From: a virus
Length of the DNA: 64,000 nucleotides
Reading direction: 5' to 3' (one strand)
IMG/VR virus record: IMGVR_UViG_3300006925_000007
Coordinates: 48,242-112,241 of that record
Below, piece by piece: positions 9,645 to 19,040 of this stretch. The stretch's first letter is position 1. Each line of letters starts with the position of its first letter. The translations under genes and the position numbers were made by a program. The notes beneath the pieces were generated by a model that saw only the letters and a list, made by a program, of their open reading frames with translations, was not told the origin of the DNA and made no database searches.

Positions 9645-11228
9645 TTAATTTGGTAAGTATCTAAAGTCAACTACTGCGTTAGTGGATGGTGCAGTAGTAA
9701 TGGTTAGCGTTGATCCGCTAATGCTGTATTCAGTTGGTGGTAGAATTAATCCGTCTACAATAACCAATACACTGTGAACAGTATGTCCAGGTTGTATTAA
9801 GTAATCTGTAGTGGAGTTGTTTCCTGTATACTGACTACTAGTATATATCAAATTTAAGTGATGGTTTTCTATACTGTTATTGGCAGGTGATGACATTGTT
9901 GCATATGGATATCTATACTTGACATAAATGTTAAATCCAGAATCTGGTAACACATTAAATGTTAGCGTAGTTCCACTTACAGAGTAGATGCTAGGTCGTT
10001 GTAAGACATCGTTAACATACACATCAATTTCTTCTTCTCCTGCTGGAGCATCAGTAAGTGTAAATGAGTAACCTATACCGTCTGCTGTAAATTCTTGTGA
10101 TGCTGGAAGTGACGACTGTGTTAGTTGTCCGTCTACAAAACTAAATCCGCCATTACCATCTGTTTGTAGTATTTGGCCGTTTGTTCCGTCACTGATACCT
10201 AAGTCAAGTATTCCACTTACATCACTAGCAATTGTTATGCCTTTTGATCCAGGTGTTGTAACTGGTGTAATAGTAATATTATTACCAGCACGAATATCAA
10301 TTTCGTCAACAGCACTTGCAACAATATCAGTTGGTGTTAAATCACTTACCGTATCGTATATGTGCCACGTTTTAAACGTTGACTCAAGTGTAATTGTAAC
10401 TGTGCCATCGCTGTTGTCTGTTAGTGCAAAACCACCATCAACATCAAATTTCAATCCTGTTACATCTGCTACACTTACGTTTGATGACGGGTCGTTAATT
10501 TCTTCAACTGTAAGTGCCAAATCGCTTCGTATAGCGGTGTTTACGTTAGCAAGCTCTGTTGATGTTGCGAACGTTCCATCAGCTGTTTGAAACGCATTTA
10601 CGATCTCTGTAAGCGAGTCTAGTGCTGCAGGATCTGTGTTTGTAAGTATGCTTTGAACTTGAGATTGTAGTGTGCTAATATCAGCTGATATACTTGCTGA
10701 TGCTACGCCAAACTGTCCGCTGTATGTAGCACCTGTAATATAAACACTTTTACCTGTAAACGATTTACCATCTGGTAAGTTTTCACCAATAAAGTTTAAT
10801 ACACCTGATTGATAATCAAAGAACCATTCATCGTTATTACCACTACCAGTAGTAAAGACTTTGTTGGACATTGTTTCAGCACCAGCAGAATCTCCGCTAG
10901 TGTGAATATAAACGTTTACAAGATATGTTGATCCAAATTCTGTTGGAATCCAGTCTGTTATTCCTGTTTTCCATGTTCTGTTTGTTGACGCTGTAATATC
11001 AGCTGTAGTTTCAACTGCCGTTTGTAGCGTTACATAGCTATTAGAAGCAGAAGGTTTTACACTTGGTATTTGTGCCGACTCTGCCCAAATCGTATCACCA
11101 CGTATCAGTAGTGGACTTGGTAAACTTTCGTTGGCCGCTAATTTATTAAAGACTGTGTCAGTCTTAGTGGCACCGAATCCAACTTTCTTAAATAGATAGT
11201 CTAACTTTTGATTATCGGATATTGCCAT
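9645..11228 (-). CDS. Virion structural protein (fibre/baseplate-associated, C-terminal tandem beta-sandwich repeats)
   Basis: 527 aa. Shares TDPAALDSLTEIVNAFQ with the 5013-9503 gene; two VxVxxVLQ/LI-P--Y-ISGxTLT repeats at the C-terminus. Confidence 0.65.
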   Translation of the reverse strand: MAISDNQKLDYLFKKVGFGATKTDTVFNKLAANESLPSPLLIRGDTIWAESAQIPSVKPSASNSYVTLQTAVETTADITASTNRTWKTGITDWIPTEFGSTYLVNVYIHTSGDSAGAETMSNKVFTTGSGNNDEWFFDYQSGVLNFIGENLPDGKSFTGKSVYITGATYSGQFGVASASISADISTLQSQVQSILTNTDPAALDSLTEIVNAFQTADGTFATSTELANVNTAIRSDLALTVEEINDPSSNVSVADVTGLKFDVDGGFALTDNSDGTVTITLESTFKTWHIYDTVSDLTPTDIVASAVDEIDIRAGNNITITPVTTPGSKGITIASDVSGILDLGISDGTNGQILQTDGNGGFSFVDGQLTQSSLPASQEFTADGIGYSFTLTDAPAGEEEIDVYVNDVLQRPSIYSVSGTTLTFNVLPDSGFNIYVKYRYPYATMSSPANNSIENHHLNLIYTSSQYTGNNSTTDYLIQPGHTVHSVLVIVDGLILPPTEYSISGSTLTITTAPSTNAVVDFRYLPN

Positions 11229-14200
11229 TAGTTAGCTTCTCCTATTGATAGACTGTTTATTTGTTTGCCACTAGCAATTGCTATTCTAACCAACACAACA
11301 TTGTTTGTTGCATTACTCATGTTTTCAGCACCTAGTGTCATTGTGTAGCTTGAGTTAATGCTTGTGTTTGTTGGAACAACATCTGCACCTGTTAATGCAC
11401 AGCCATCTGATCCGTTACCTCCGTTTCCAGTATCACTACCAGGAACACCTGCACCTGCATATTGACTTGTGCATTCGATCCAACCATTTAATCCACTTGC
11501 AGTATCTATGCCAGTTCCAGGAGCTGCAATCCACATACCTGCAATGCCCGTAGAGTTAATGCTAATGTCGAAGTTAGCAACAACTTGTCTACGGAATGCA
11601 AATGTAAAGTATTGTGTTCCTGTATCTGAACTTCTATCAGGACCAACTGGTAGGTAGCCTGTGCTATAATCTGCAGTGTCGTGTTTTAACACACCCCATC
11701 TTACAGTAGCTTCTTGACTTCCACTTACACTAATTGCACCAGTAAATGGTGTAGCAGTATAATCAGTTGATCCGACAATAGTAGGAGTGTCCGTAGAATC
11801 CGCCACAAAGTCTGCAATACGAATTGCATTGTCTGTGACTACCCCATTACCTAAACTGGATTCTACAGGTATGGACGACTCAATTATTCCAAATGGTGTC
11901 GCTGTATGCACTTGAACTTTCTCGGGAAGAGAAACAAAGTTTCCAGTGCCATTGACATTATATGCTCTAACTTTCAAAGTTTCCACAGCCGCTATACTTG
12001 AATTAGTAATATCGATTGTTTGATCAGCAAATTGATAAGTTAAAGTGTTCGCTGTTGGAATGCCAGCGTTTAGGTAAGGGGTATTCTCTAAATCTGAATA
12101 ACTCTTATATTGAGTGCTAATAGTTGCGCCACTTGTGCTTTCTAAATTAGCACCATTAGATATTTCAAACACATTATTTGTATCTCTATATGCCTGTCCA
12201 ATCCAATTGTTTACTGTAACACCAGCCATTGTTAATTTTGGACTTCCTGTGTTATAGTATGGTATGCCCGAAATATATCTATAGCTACCGGCAACATCTT
12301 CTGTAAGTGTTGCACTAGCTACATCAATAGTTGGGCTACTTGTTAGGTCGTCACAAACCACTGTAACATAGTTTGTGTTGCCTGTTTCACTGTGTTCTAT
12401 ACGTTGGTCGTTAACACCAATTGTATATTCAGAAAATGGTTTAGAAATTTTTGAATCAAATGTTTGATAAAAACCTGTAGGATAAGTTGAAGAACTTATA
12501 CTATCGTTTGCATCTCTTTGATCACTAACAACAAGACTTCCAAAAGTGCCGTTTTCGTTTAAGGAAGTTGTAAAGTTTTGAGAACCATCGTCGACGCCAT
12601 TGACAACTGATTTTACTGTTCCACTTAATCCATTATATGAATTTTGTGCAACACTAGTGTCAAGGTTTCCACTTGTGTATCGTCTTGCTGTAGTTGTTTC
12701 CAAACTTGCACCTGCTACTAATGGAGCTGATGCACTGTTTTCTGTGAACCCATGTGCCAGTTTAGGACTAAGTCCTTGTGCTGAGTCTGTTAGTGAAATT
12801 GTTTTGCTACTTAATCCGCTTGGTGCATTTGGAACTGCATTTACTTGAAAGGTTAAGTTAGCTGAATCTGTTTGTGCGGTTATATCCGGTGTTCCGCTTG
12901 CTGTAAAGTCTAATTGGTAGTTACCTGGTGTAACACCTGTAAAGTCATGTTGGACACTGTTTAGTCCTGCTTCATTATCATTAGCACTGCTATCGTTCCA
13001 ATCATATTCATGATTGTCACCATTTTCACTTGTGTTACTTACAGTAACTAATGCTCTGTTTACGCCGTCATAATCTACGCCGTCATATACGTCATATTGA
13101 TTATCGCCATTGCGATCTGAAACTGTATCTGCACTACCTGAGATGCTTGCTCTAACATCTGGCTCAACATGAATTGTAAAGTTTGAACTTGAGAAAGGAC
13201 TGTTACTATGATCGTTTATAACTTGTAAGTTACCTGTAAAGTCTTGAGGTGTATTATTGCTTGAAAGTGTATACTTATGTGATATTGTTTGTCCTGTATC
13301 ACCAGATTGATTACTTCCTGCGTTTACTGTTGTGATTGTTCCATCGCCAAACGCCCATCTATACGTTGTTCCAAACTGTGTGTGATTACCAATTGTATTT
13401 TCTGTATTGTTTGTAAATATTACAGTAAGACCGTTATTGGCTTCTTCGTTAATACCTGTAGTAAGATCAGAAGTTGTGTCGGGCGTGTGTTCATCATAAA
13501 TTTTATATGAAGCATCGTCGTCAATTGGGAGTAATGATGGCGTAGCTGTGCTATGACTGTCTAATGTTAGTGTAACGGTTCTTTGCACTTCTGCTTCTGT
13601 GCTAAGAGCAAACGTGTGGGCTAAACGTCCTCCACCAACACCGCCTGCTACACTATCGCTATTAATAACTTCATCTGATGAGCCATCACCCCAATTCCAT
13701 GTGTATTGAATTGTTGCTCCTGATGTGTTAGTTGTTGTATTTTCAAAATAGACAGTATCGCCATCATCCCAATATGTAATTGCGTTGCCACCTGTTGGTG
13801 CATCGTATACTACAAATGAAACTGCTGGGTCGCCTGTAAAAATGGCTATGTAGTCTTCTCTTATTTTTTGTGCTGAGCTACCTGCTCCTGTTCCTGTATT
13901 GTTAAACGCTGTTACGTCTACATCAAACGGAGATCCGCTATTAGAAGCATATGTATGTGTGGGAGTTGAATCTGTTGTGGCTGTGGTTGTATTTCCGTCA
14001 CCCCAATCAATTGTATATCTGTTTGGATTACCTACTGAGCTAATAGTTAGTGTTGCTGTTAATCCTGCACCACCTGATGTTAAGTCAGAAACAAAGTCTA
14101 CGGACTTAACATAAGAATCTGTTCTTATATTTTCAATGATTTCAAGTATGTCATCTGTGTCAGCGTCATTTCCGCTATCAACAGCCGTAAGTCTAGTTTC

Positions 14201-14362
14201 TAAAAATATTTTTGTGACAGCATCTTGATCATCAACAGGATCTACTACATCAACGATTCTGTTTGTTTGGGCACTAATATTGTTATTGCCCTCTGCATCA
14301 AGTTTTAAATCTTTATCACTTGTTGATATCTTTCCACTATTGTGGTTAATATTAATCGACAT
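11228..14362 (-). CDS. PKD (Ig-like) domain-containing virion protein
   Basis: 1044 aa. Repeated PKD signatures YTIDWGDG, YTWNWGDG, YRWAFGDG followed by H-x-Y/F; Ser/Thr-rich. Confidence 0.75.
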   Translation of the reverse strand: MSININHNSGKISTSDKDLKLDAEGNNNISAQTNRIVDVVDPVDDQDAVTKIFLETRLTAVDSGNDADTDDILEIIENIRTDSYVKSVDFVSDLTSGGAGLTATLTISSVGNPNRYTIDWGDGNTTTATTDSTPTHTYASNSGSPFDVDVTAFNNTGTGAGSSAQKIREDYIAIFTGDPAVSFVVYDAPTGGNAITYWDDGDTVYFENTTTNTSGATIQYTWNWGDGSSDEVINSDSVAGGVGGGRLAHTFALSTEAEVQRTVTLTLDSHSTATPSLLPIDDDASYKIYDEHTPDTTSDLTTGINEEANNGLTVIFTNNTENTIGNHTQFGTTYRWAFGDGTITTVNAGSNQSGDTGQTISHKYTLSSNNTPQDFTGNLQVINDHSNSPFSSSNFTIHVEPDVRASISGSADTVSDRNGDNQYDVYDGVDYDGVNRALVTVSNTSENGDNHEYDWNDSSANDNEAGLNSVQHDFTGVTPGNYQLDFTASGTPDITAQTDSANLTFQVNAVPNAPSGLSSKTISLTDSAQGLSPKLAHGFTENSASAPLVAGASLETTTARRYTSGNLDTSVAQNSYNGLSGTVKSVVNGVDDGSQNFTTSLNENGTFGSLVVSDQRDANDSISSSTYPTGFYQTFDSKISKPFSEYTIGVNDQRIEHSETGNTNYVTVVCDDLTSSPTIDVASATLTEDVAGSYRYISGIPYYNTGSPKLTMAGVTVNNWIGQAYRDTNNVFEISNGANLESTSGATISTQYKSYSDLENTPYLNAGIPTANTLTYQFADQTIDITNSSIAAVETLKVRAYNVNGTGNFVSLPEKVQVHTATPFGIIESSIPVESSLGNGVVTDNAIRIADFVADSTDTPTIVGSTDYTATPFTGAISVSGSQEATVRWGVLKHDTADYSTGYLPVGPDRSSDTGTQYFTFAFRRQVVANFDISINSTGIAGMWIAAPGTGIDTASGLNGWIECTSQYAGAGVPGSDTGNGGNGSDGCALTGADVVPTNTSINSSYTMTLGAENMSNATNNVVLVRIAIASGKQINSLSIGEAN

Positions 14363-14415
14363 ACTCTTCCCTTTTTCAACTTTACCATAATGGTTATGTT
14401 ACTTACGCAACGATA

Positions 14416-15003
14416 TTAAACGTTTACGCTAGAACGGAAGTGCGAAACAATGTTCCAACTGCCATTTACAAATACTAATGTTGCACTATCGCCTTTTGCT
14501 GTAAAAGTGATTGAAGTAAAACCTGCTCCATTTGTTGGAGTAACTGTAGCAGGACCTGATGGGGTATCTGATACAGTAATAATTTTTTGTTGGCCTTCTG
14601 TGCCATCTGCTAAAACAAGAGCAACCGCAGTAGAACCATCAATTGCTGATAATGATGTGCTTGCTGTAATTTCTGTTGTTTCAGTTGTTGTGCTTACAAT
14701 AACTGTTTGTATATTGAGTTGATCCCACATATTGGAACTACTACCAATATCGTGTGTTTTTGTAACGCTTGGCAGTAAGTCAGTTGATATGTTGCTGTTA
14801 AATGCTACAGATCCACTTGCGTTTCCTAGTGTTATAACATCACCAGATGAAACTATTGTGCCTCCAATATATAAACTTCCACCAACCCATGCGCCGCCTT
14901 CGACATGCAGAGCAGAGTCTGTGCTACTTAAAGCATTTAAATCAAGATCTTTAATACTTTTAATTACTAATTGATCGTTATCTGGTTTTATATATGATGC
15001 CAT
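14416..15003 (-). CDS. Virion structural protein (hypothetical)
   Basis: 195 aa beta-rich protein with a LPSVTKTHDIGSSSNMW fibre-type motif; preceded by a late promoter. Confidence 0.55.
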   Translation of the reverse strand: MASYIKPDNDQLVIKSIKDLDLNALSSTDSALHVEGGAWVGGSLYIGGTIVSSGDVITLGNASGSVAFNSNISTDLLPSVTKTHDIGSSSNMWDQLNIQTVIVSTTTETTEITASTSLSAIDGSTAVALVLADGTEGQQKIITVSDTPSGPATVTPTNGAGFTSITFTAKGDSATLVFVNGSWNIVSHFRSSVNV

Positions 15004-15037
15004 ACGTTATTCTTCCTTATGTTCTCTTTACAATATG

Positions 15038-15045
15038 TATTTATC
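15038..15045 (-). promoter_or_regulatory. Late promoter GATAAATA
   Basis: Motif upstream of 15003. Confidence 0.7.
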
Positions 15046-15073
15046 CAAAAAAAGAATATATATATTTAGAATT

Positions 15074-15097
15074 AAAAAAGGGCCCGTTAAGGCCCTT
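15074..15097 (-). terminator. Intrinsic terminator of the porin-like gene
   Basis: AAGGGCC-N6-GGCCCTT stem followed by a U6 tract on minus. Confidence 0.85.
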
Positions 15098-15124
15098 AAT
15101 TATTGCAATAATTTTTAAATTAAT

Positions 15125-15934
15125 TTAAAATTTAAATGATGCACCGATTGCCGGTGTTAAACTTTCTGCATCTGTATCATACGATGCTTCTGCATAAAGA
15201 TCAATTCCCTTGAATGAACTTTTAACTCCTGCACCAACGTGTTGAAGTTTATTATCTTCGTCGCCGTTAACAAACACTGAAATTACTCCAGCATTTGCAT
15301 TTACTTCATATCCTAGCTTATCAGCAGAATATGTTGCTGTGCCACCCACTGACATGCTTGATGTAAGGTCAAGTGATGAACTTACGCCATAAGATTTTGC
15401 TTTAGTGTCAGTGTTATAATCAATTGCTGCACCCATTCCGATAACACCGACTTTAAAGTCGTATGCTGCCTGAACGTTATCAAGATCAGTTACGTCAGTT
15501 GATAAACTGTCAAAACCGGCCATTAATGAAAGACCACCTGCTTTAGCCATCACTGATTCGTTTACCGTAGGATTAGCAAGTGTAGTTGAACCTACTACTT
15601 CTAGTCCTGCTGATGGGAACAAGTCGCCTTGCTTACCTAGTGATACTGTTGCACCTGCAACTGCTGTTCCGATCTGCCAATCACCTAATGCAATTGTGCC
15701 ATCTGTAATTTTAAGATCAAACCCACCAAACGCTGGACCAGTTGAATCTAGGTCAAGGTTAAGTGTTGTGTTACTGACATACTTGCCAGTTGTTGAGTTT
15801 TTAGAAACATCAACATCAATAGTTGTAGTCAACGGAAGAACCGGTGATGCCGCTACTGTGGTTGTTGTTGTTTCGGCCTGTGCTGCAACTGATGTTGCAA
15901 ACAGAATAGCCAAAACGCTTACTGTTGTTTTCAT
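15125..15934 (-). CDS. Outer-membrane beta-barrel/porin-like protein
   Basis: Sec signal peptide MKTTVSVLAILFATSVAAQA, alternating amphipathic beta-strands, and a C-terminal aromatic BAM-type end (PAIGASFKF). Confidence 0.7.
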   Translation of the reverse strand: MKTTVSVLAILFATSVAAQAETTTTTVAASPVLPLTTTIDVDVSKNSTTGKYVSNTTLNLDLDSTGPAFGGFDLKITDGTIALGDWQIGTAVAGATVSLGKQGDLFPSAGLEVVGSTTLANPTVNESVMAKAGGLSLMAGFDSLSTDVTDLDNVQAAYDFKVGVIGMGAAIDYNTDTKAKSYGVSSSLDLTSSMSVGGTATYSADKLGYEVNANAGVISVFVNGDEDNKLQHVGAGVKSSFKGIDLYAEASYDTDAESLTPAIGASFKF

Positions 15935-16011
15935 ATTTTTTCCCTCTAAAATGCTAACTTCGTAGTCAGCTTCTATCCATTAGTTAACTCAATAACCAAA
16001 TGTAACTTTTA

Positions 16012-16040
16012 ATTATACGTGTATATGTGAATCTTGTCAA
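16012..16040 (-). promoter_or_regulatory. Consensus sigma70 promoter TTGACA-N17-TATAAT
   Basis: -35 at 16040-16035, -10 at 16017-16012, 17-bp spacer, pointing at the porin-like gene. Confidence 0.85.
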
Positions 16041-16058
16041 CCGAAATGTTGACTTTTT

Positions 16059-16066
16059 TATTTATC
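16059..16066 (-). promoter_or_regulatory. Late promoter GATAAATA
   Basis: Lies between the capsid terminator and the sigma70 promoter of the porin-like gene. Confidence 0.6.
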
Positions 16067-16098
16067 AAAAGAACAGGCCCCTTAAAAGGGACCTGCTC
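16067..16098 (-). terminator. Intrinsic terminator after the major capsid gene
   Basis: GAGCAGGTCCC...GGGGCCTGTTC stem followed by TTTT on minus. Confidence 0.8.
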
Positions 16099-16121
16099 CG
16101 TCAATATATCTAATTTAAGTA

Positions 16122-17282
16122 TTACTTAAATGATAGGTTACCTGCATTAACGTCAATTTTCGCTAAGTAGTCAGCCGCGTTACCAAGAGATGAAGCTTGG
16201 TTGTTAAGCTCTACATAACCATAACGTGTCATGAATGACACTGTTGGCTCGAAAGTTGCCGGGTCTAATACTGTGCCTGAAGACATAAGTGGGATGTATG
16301 GGCAATAGAACGCTGCTGCGTCGATTTCGCCTTCACCTTTATATCCAACAAGAACTGGTGTAGAATCTGATGCATATTGATCAACAAATACACGAACAGT
16401 GTTATTCAAAGTTCCAACAAATTTAGTGTTAGTTGGTGCTTCAAATGGACCTTCAGTTGTTCTTGCGAACGCTGAAGTTGTCGCACTTTGTAGAACAGTT
16501 AACATAGTTGGTGAAACAACTACGTAGTTACCTGCGCCACGACGTGTTCTTGCTGCGATCAAGTTAGCTGCTCTGTTAATAAGAACTGCTAGTGCGGCAT
16601 GCTGGTCACCAACGAAAGTTGCTTGACCTGATACTGCTGCTTGATCATATGAGTCAGTAGCTGTGCCTGCCAGTGTGCGTAATGAAGTTAGAACTTCTTG
16701 GTCAATTTCAGCAGTAATTTCTTGTGCAAGTGCTTGCATAATTTCTGCTTCTACGTCTAGACCGTGCATTGAATTGGCATCTTGTGCCGCTTCAAAAGTC
16801 CAACGTGCTGACAATTTACGTGTTTTAGCTTCAACTGTTTGTTTCAACACTTGAATTGACATTTTACGTCCTGCTTCAGCTTCTAATGAGCTTGTTGAAG
16901 ATGGACCACCTGTAGCCGCATCACCTGAGTAACCTTTTGCAATTGCAAATGGGCTAAGTGCTTCATCACCAGCGGCAACACCTGCTGCTGCTTGTGAATA
17001 ACGGATACGTAAAGTGTGGATCTGGCCTACTGGACCAGTCATTGGTTGAACACCAACTAATTCGTTCGCAATAACCGTCGGCATTACACGTCTGATTACT
17101 GGTAGAATTACTTTGTTTAATGTTGCGATGTTGCCTGACATAGTTGATCCGGCAGCTGCTGATTCTGAAAGATAGCTCTTGGTATTCTCAAGAACTGACT
17201 CCATAACAACCTTTTTATTGCCGTCTAAACCGTCAGTTAGGGCGCCTTTAGTTACGTCCCAATTTTCAAATAAGTTTGACAT
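16122..17282 (-). CDS. gp23: Major capsid protein (T4 gp23-like)
   Basis: LVGVQPMTGPVGQIHTLR, VEAKTRKLSARWTFEAAQD, EIMQALAQEITAEIDQE, AAFYCPYIPL, FMTRYG hallmark motifs. Confidence 0.95.
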   Translation of the reverse strand: MSNLFENWDVTKGALTDGLDGNKKVVMESVLENTKSYLSESAAAGSTMSGNIATLNKVILPVIRRVMPTVIANELVGVQPMTGPVGQIHTLRIRYSQAAAGVAAGDEALSPFAIAKGYSGDAATGGPSSTSSLEAEAGRKMSIQVLKQTVEAKTRKLSARWTFEAAQDANSMHGLDVEAEIMQALAQEITAEIDQEVLTSLRTLAGTATDSYDQAAVSGQATFVGDQHAALAVLINRAANLIAARTRRGAGNYVVVSPTMLTVLQSATTSAFARTTEGPFEAPTNTKFVGTLNNTVRVFVDQYASDSTPVLVGYKGEGEIDAAAFYCPYIPLMSSGTVLDPATFEPTVSFMTRYGYVELNNQASSLGNAADYLAKIDVNAGNLSFK

Positions 17283-17292
17283 GGTATACTCC

Positions 17293-18402
17293 TTAATTTG
17301 TAATGATACCTGCTAATTTTTTGAGGTTAATAATTTCAGCTTCGCTGCTAGTTTCCTGCGTAGTTGCCTGCTTATCACCTGTGATCTCAGTCTTCTGAGT
17401 CTCATTTAGCTGTGTTTTGTTTGTTTCTGCTTTCTTTACTGTTTCATTTAACACTGTTGGCAGATATTTATTAAATGCTGCTTTCAGTTTTGGTGTATTA
17501 ACTGATTCAAGTAAGTTTGACATCAACTTACGTTTGTCTTTTGACAAAGGTGCTAATAATTCAGCCATTGCTGTTTCACGTGCTCGGCTTTCGTTGATTG
17601 CTGCAACTTCTTTAGTTGCTTCTTCAATTTTAGCCTCTCTGTCAGTGATCTCTTTTTGTGATTCCTCTAATTGAGTCTTCACGTCTAAAAGTTCTGTTGA
17701 AAGTTTAGAGATATGTGTGCCTTCTGCAAGGTGTGAACCCATGAATTCAGCTGCAAATGTTTCGAAAATTTTGCGACCGAACATGTTTTCTTTAGCGGAT
17801 TTTATATCCTCTTTAAGCATACCTAGTTCTGTTTTAATTGTAGATTCTACAATGTCAGCTAGTTTGCCTGAAGATTTATCAATAAAGTCTGCTTTTGCTT
17901 TAGCAATCATATCTTTACCTTCTGAGACAAGTTTAACCTTCTGTTCAATAAGGTCTTTCTTGTCCTGGTGGAATTCGTTAAGTTCTGAAGTAAGTTGTTC
18001 CATAACAAAGTCTTCCAACTTCTCAAAGTTTCCTTCTTGAAGTTTTCTGTCTTCGCGTAGTTCTGTAACCTCTTTTTTAAGAGTTTCCATTACAAAACCA
18101 TCAAGTAGTTCTGCATGTTCTGAAATCTTACGCTTATACTCTACCTGAGCCTCAACTGCTTTTTGTTTATCTGCTTGGAATTCTTCTAATTCGCCTTTTA
18201 TTGTTTCAGATAACATGCTATCAAGTGCGGACACCATCTGCTCTTTATCTGTTTCATAACGATTAGCGAATTCTTCGCGTAATTCAGTTGTGATCTCTTC
18301 ACGAGTTTCTGCTAGTTTCTCATTCCATGCTTCGGAAAGTGTTGAACGCACTTCTTCTGATAGGACTTCTGAACTTAGGAGTTGTTCTATTGCATGAGCC
18401 AT
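17293..18402 (-). CDS. gp22: Prohead core scaffold protein (gp22-like)
   Basis: Glu/Lys-rich coiled coil located between protease and capsid genes. Confidence 0.8.
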   Translation of the reverse strand: MAHAIEQLLSSEVLSEEVRSTLSEAWNEKLAETREEITTELREEFANRYETDKEQMVSALDSMLSETIKGELEEFQADKQKAVEAQVEYKRKISEHAELLDGFVMETLKKEVTELREDRKLQEGNFEKLEDFVMEQLTSELNEFHQDKKDLIEQKVKLVSEGKDMIAKAKADFIDKSSGKLADIVESTIKTELGMLKEDIKSAKENMFGRKIFETFAAEFMGSHLAEGTHISKLSTELLDVKTQLEESQKEITDREAKIEEATKEVAAINESRARETAMAELLAPLSKDKRKLMSNLLESVNTPKLKAAFNKYLPTVLNETVKKAETNKTQLNETQKTEITGDKQATTQETSSEAEIINLKKLAGIITN

Positions 18403-19040
18403 TACTTTCTCCTAATATCTAGTGATTCAATGAACTTCAATACCTCTTCCTGGAGATATTTTTGTGCTGCATCATCTTTTGTTTTAGCTGCGGCAACGTC
18501 TAGTAAAATATTACCTCTTTTGCCATTCATAATTTGTTCATAAAGTGGATCTGGATACGCATCGGGAGCCGATGGGTTTGCAACTATGTCAACCGTTTGG
18601 ATTTCAAAGTCGCTTACATTTCCACTTTCTGTAACATTACCACTACCGCGTGATGATACACCAAGTTTAACGCCGTTCTCTAATAGGGTAATACAAATAT
18701 TTCCCATTGGAGTTGGCAACAATTTTAGTCTTCCATAACCATCGCTACCTTGCATCCACATACGTTCAATCATATGTGACACTCGGTCCAAATTAACTTG
18801 TAAGTCATCTGGGTGGTCAGCTTCGCCTAATACTGTAAAACCCTCGTCAATTTTACTCTGAACTGAATTAACAGCTTTGGTAATTTCATTAACGGGGTAA
18901 ATTCTTTGGTTCTGATTTTGTTTAGCACCTTGGACAAAGATACCTTCCATGAACAAGTTTTTACCGCCTTTGCCGTTATCCACGGCTTCGGTTACGATTT
19001 TAGCTTGGTCAAATGTAAGGTGTTCTTTAAGTGTAAACAT
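18402..19040 (-). CDS. gp21: Prohead protease (gp21-like)
   Basis: MEGIFVQG...NQNQRIYP, LGEADHP, VSH, LGVSSRGSG, DIVANPSAPDA motifs. Confidence 0.95.
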   Translation of the reverse strand: MFTLKEHLTFDQAKIVTEAVDNGKGGKNLFMEGIFVQGAKQNQNQRIYPVNEITKAVNSVQSKIDEGFTVLGEADHPDDLQVNLDRVSHMIERMWMQGSDGYGRLKLLPTPMGNICITLLENGVKLGVSSRGSGNVTESGNVSDFEIQTVDIVANPSAPDAYPDPLYEQIMNGKRGNILLDVAAAKTKDDAAQKYLQEEVLKFIESLDIRRK

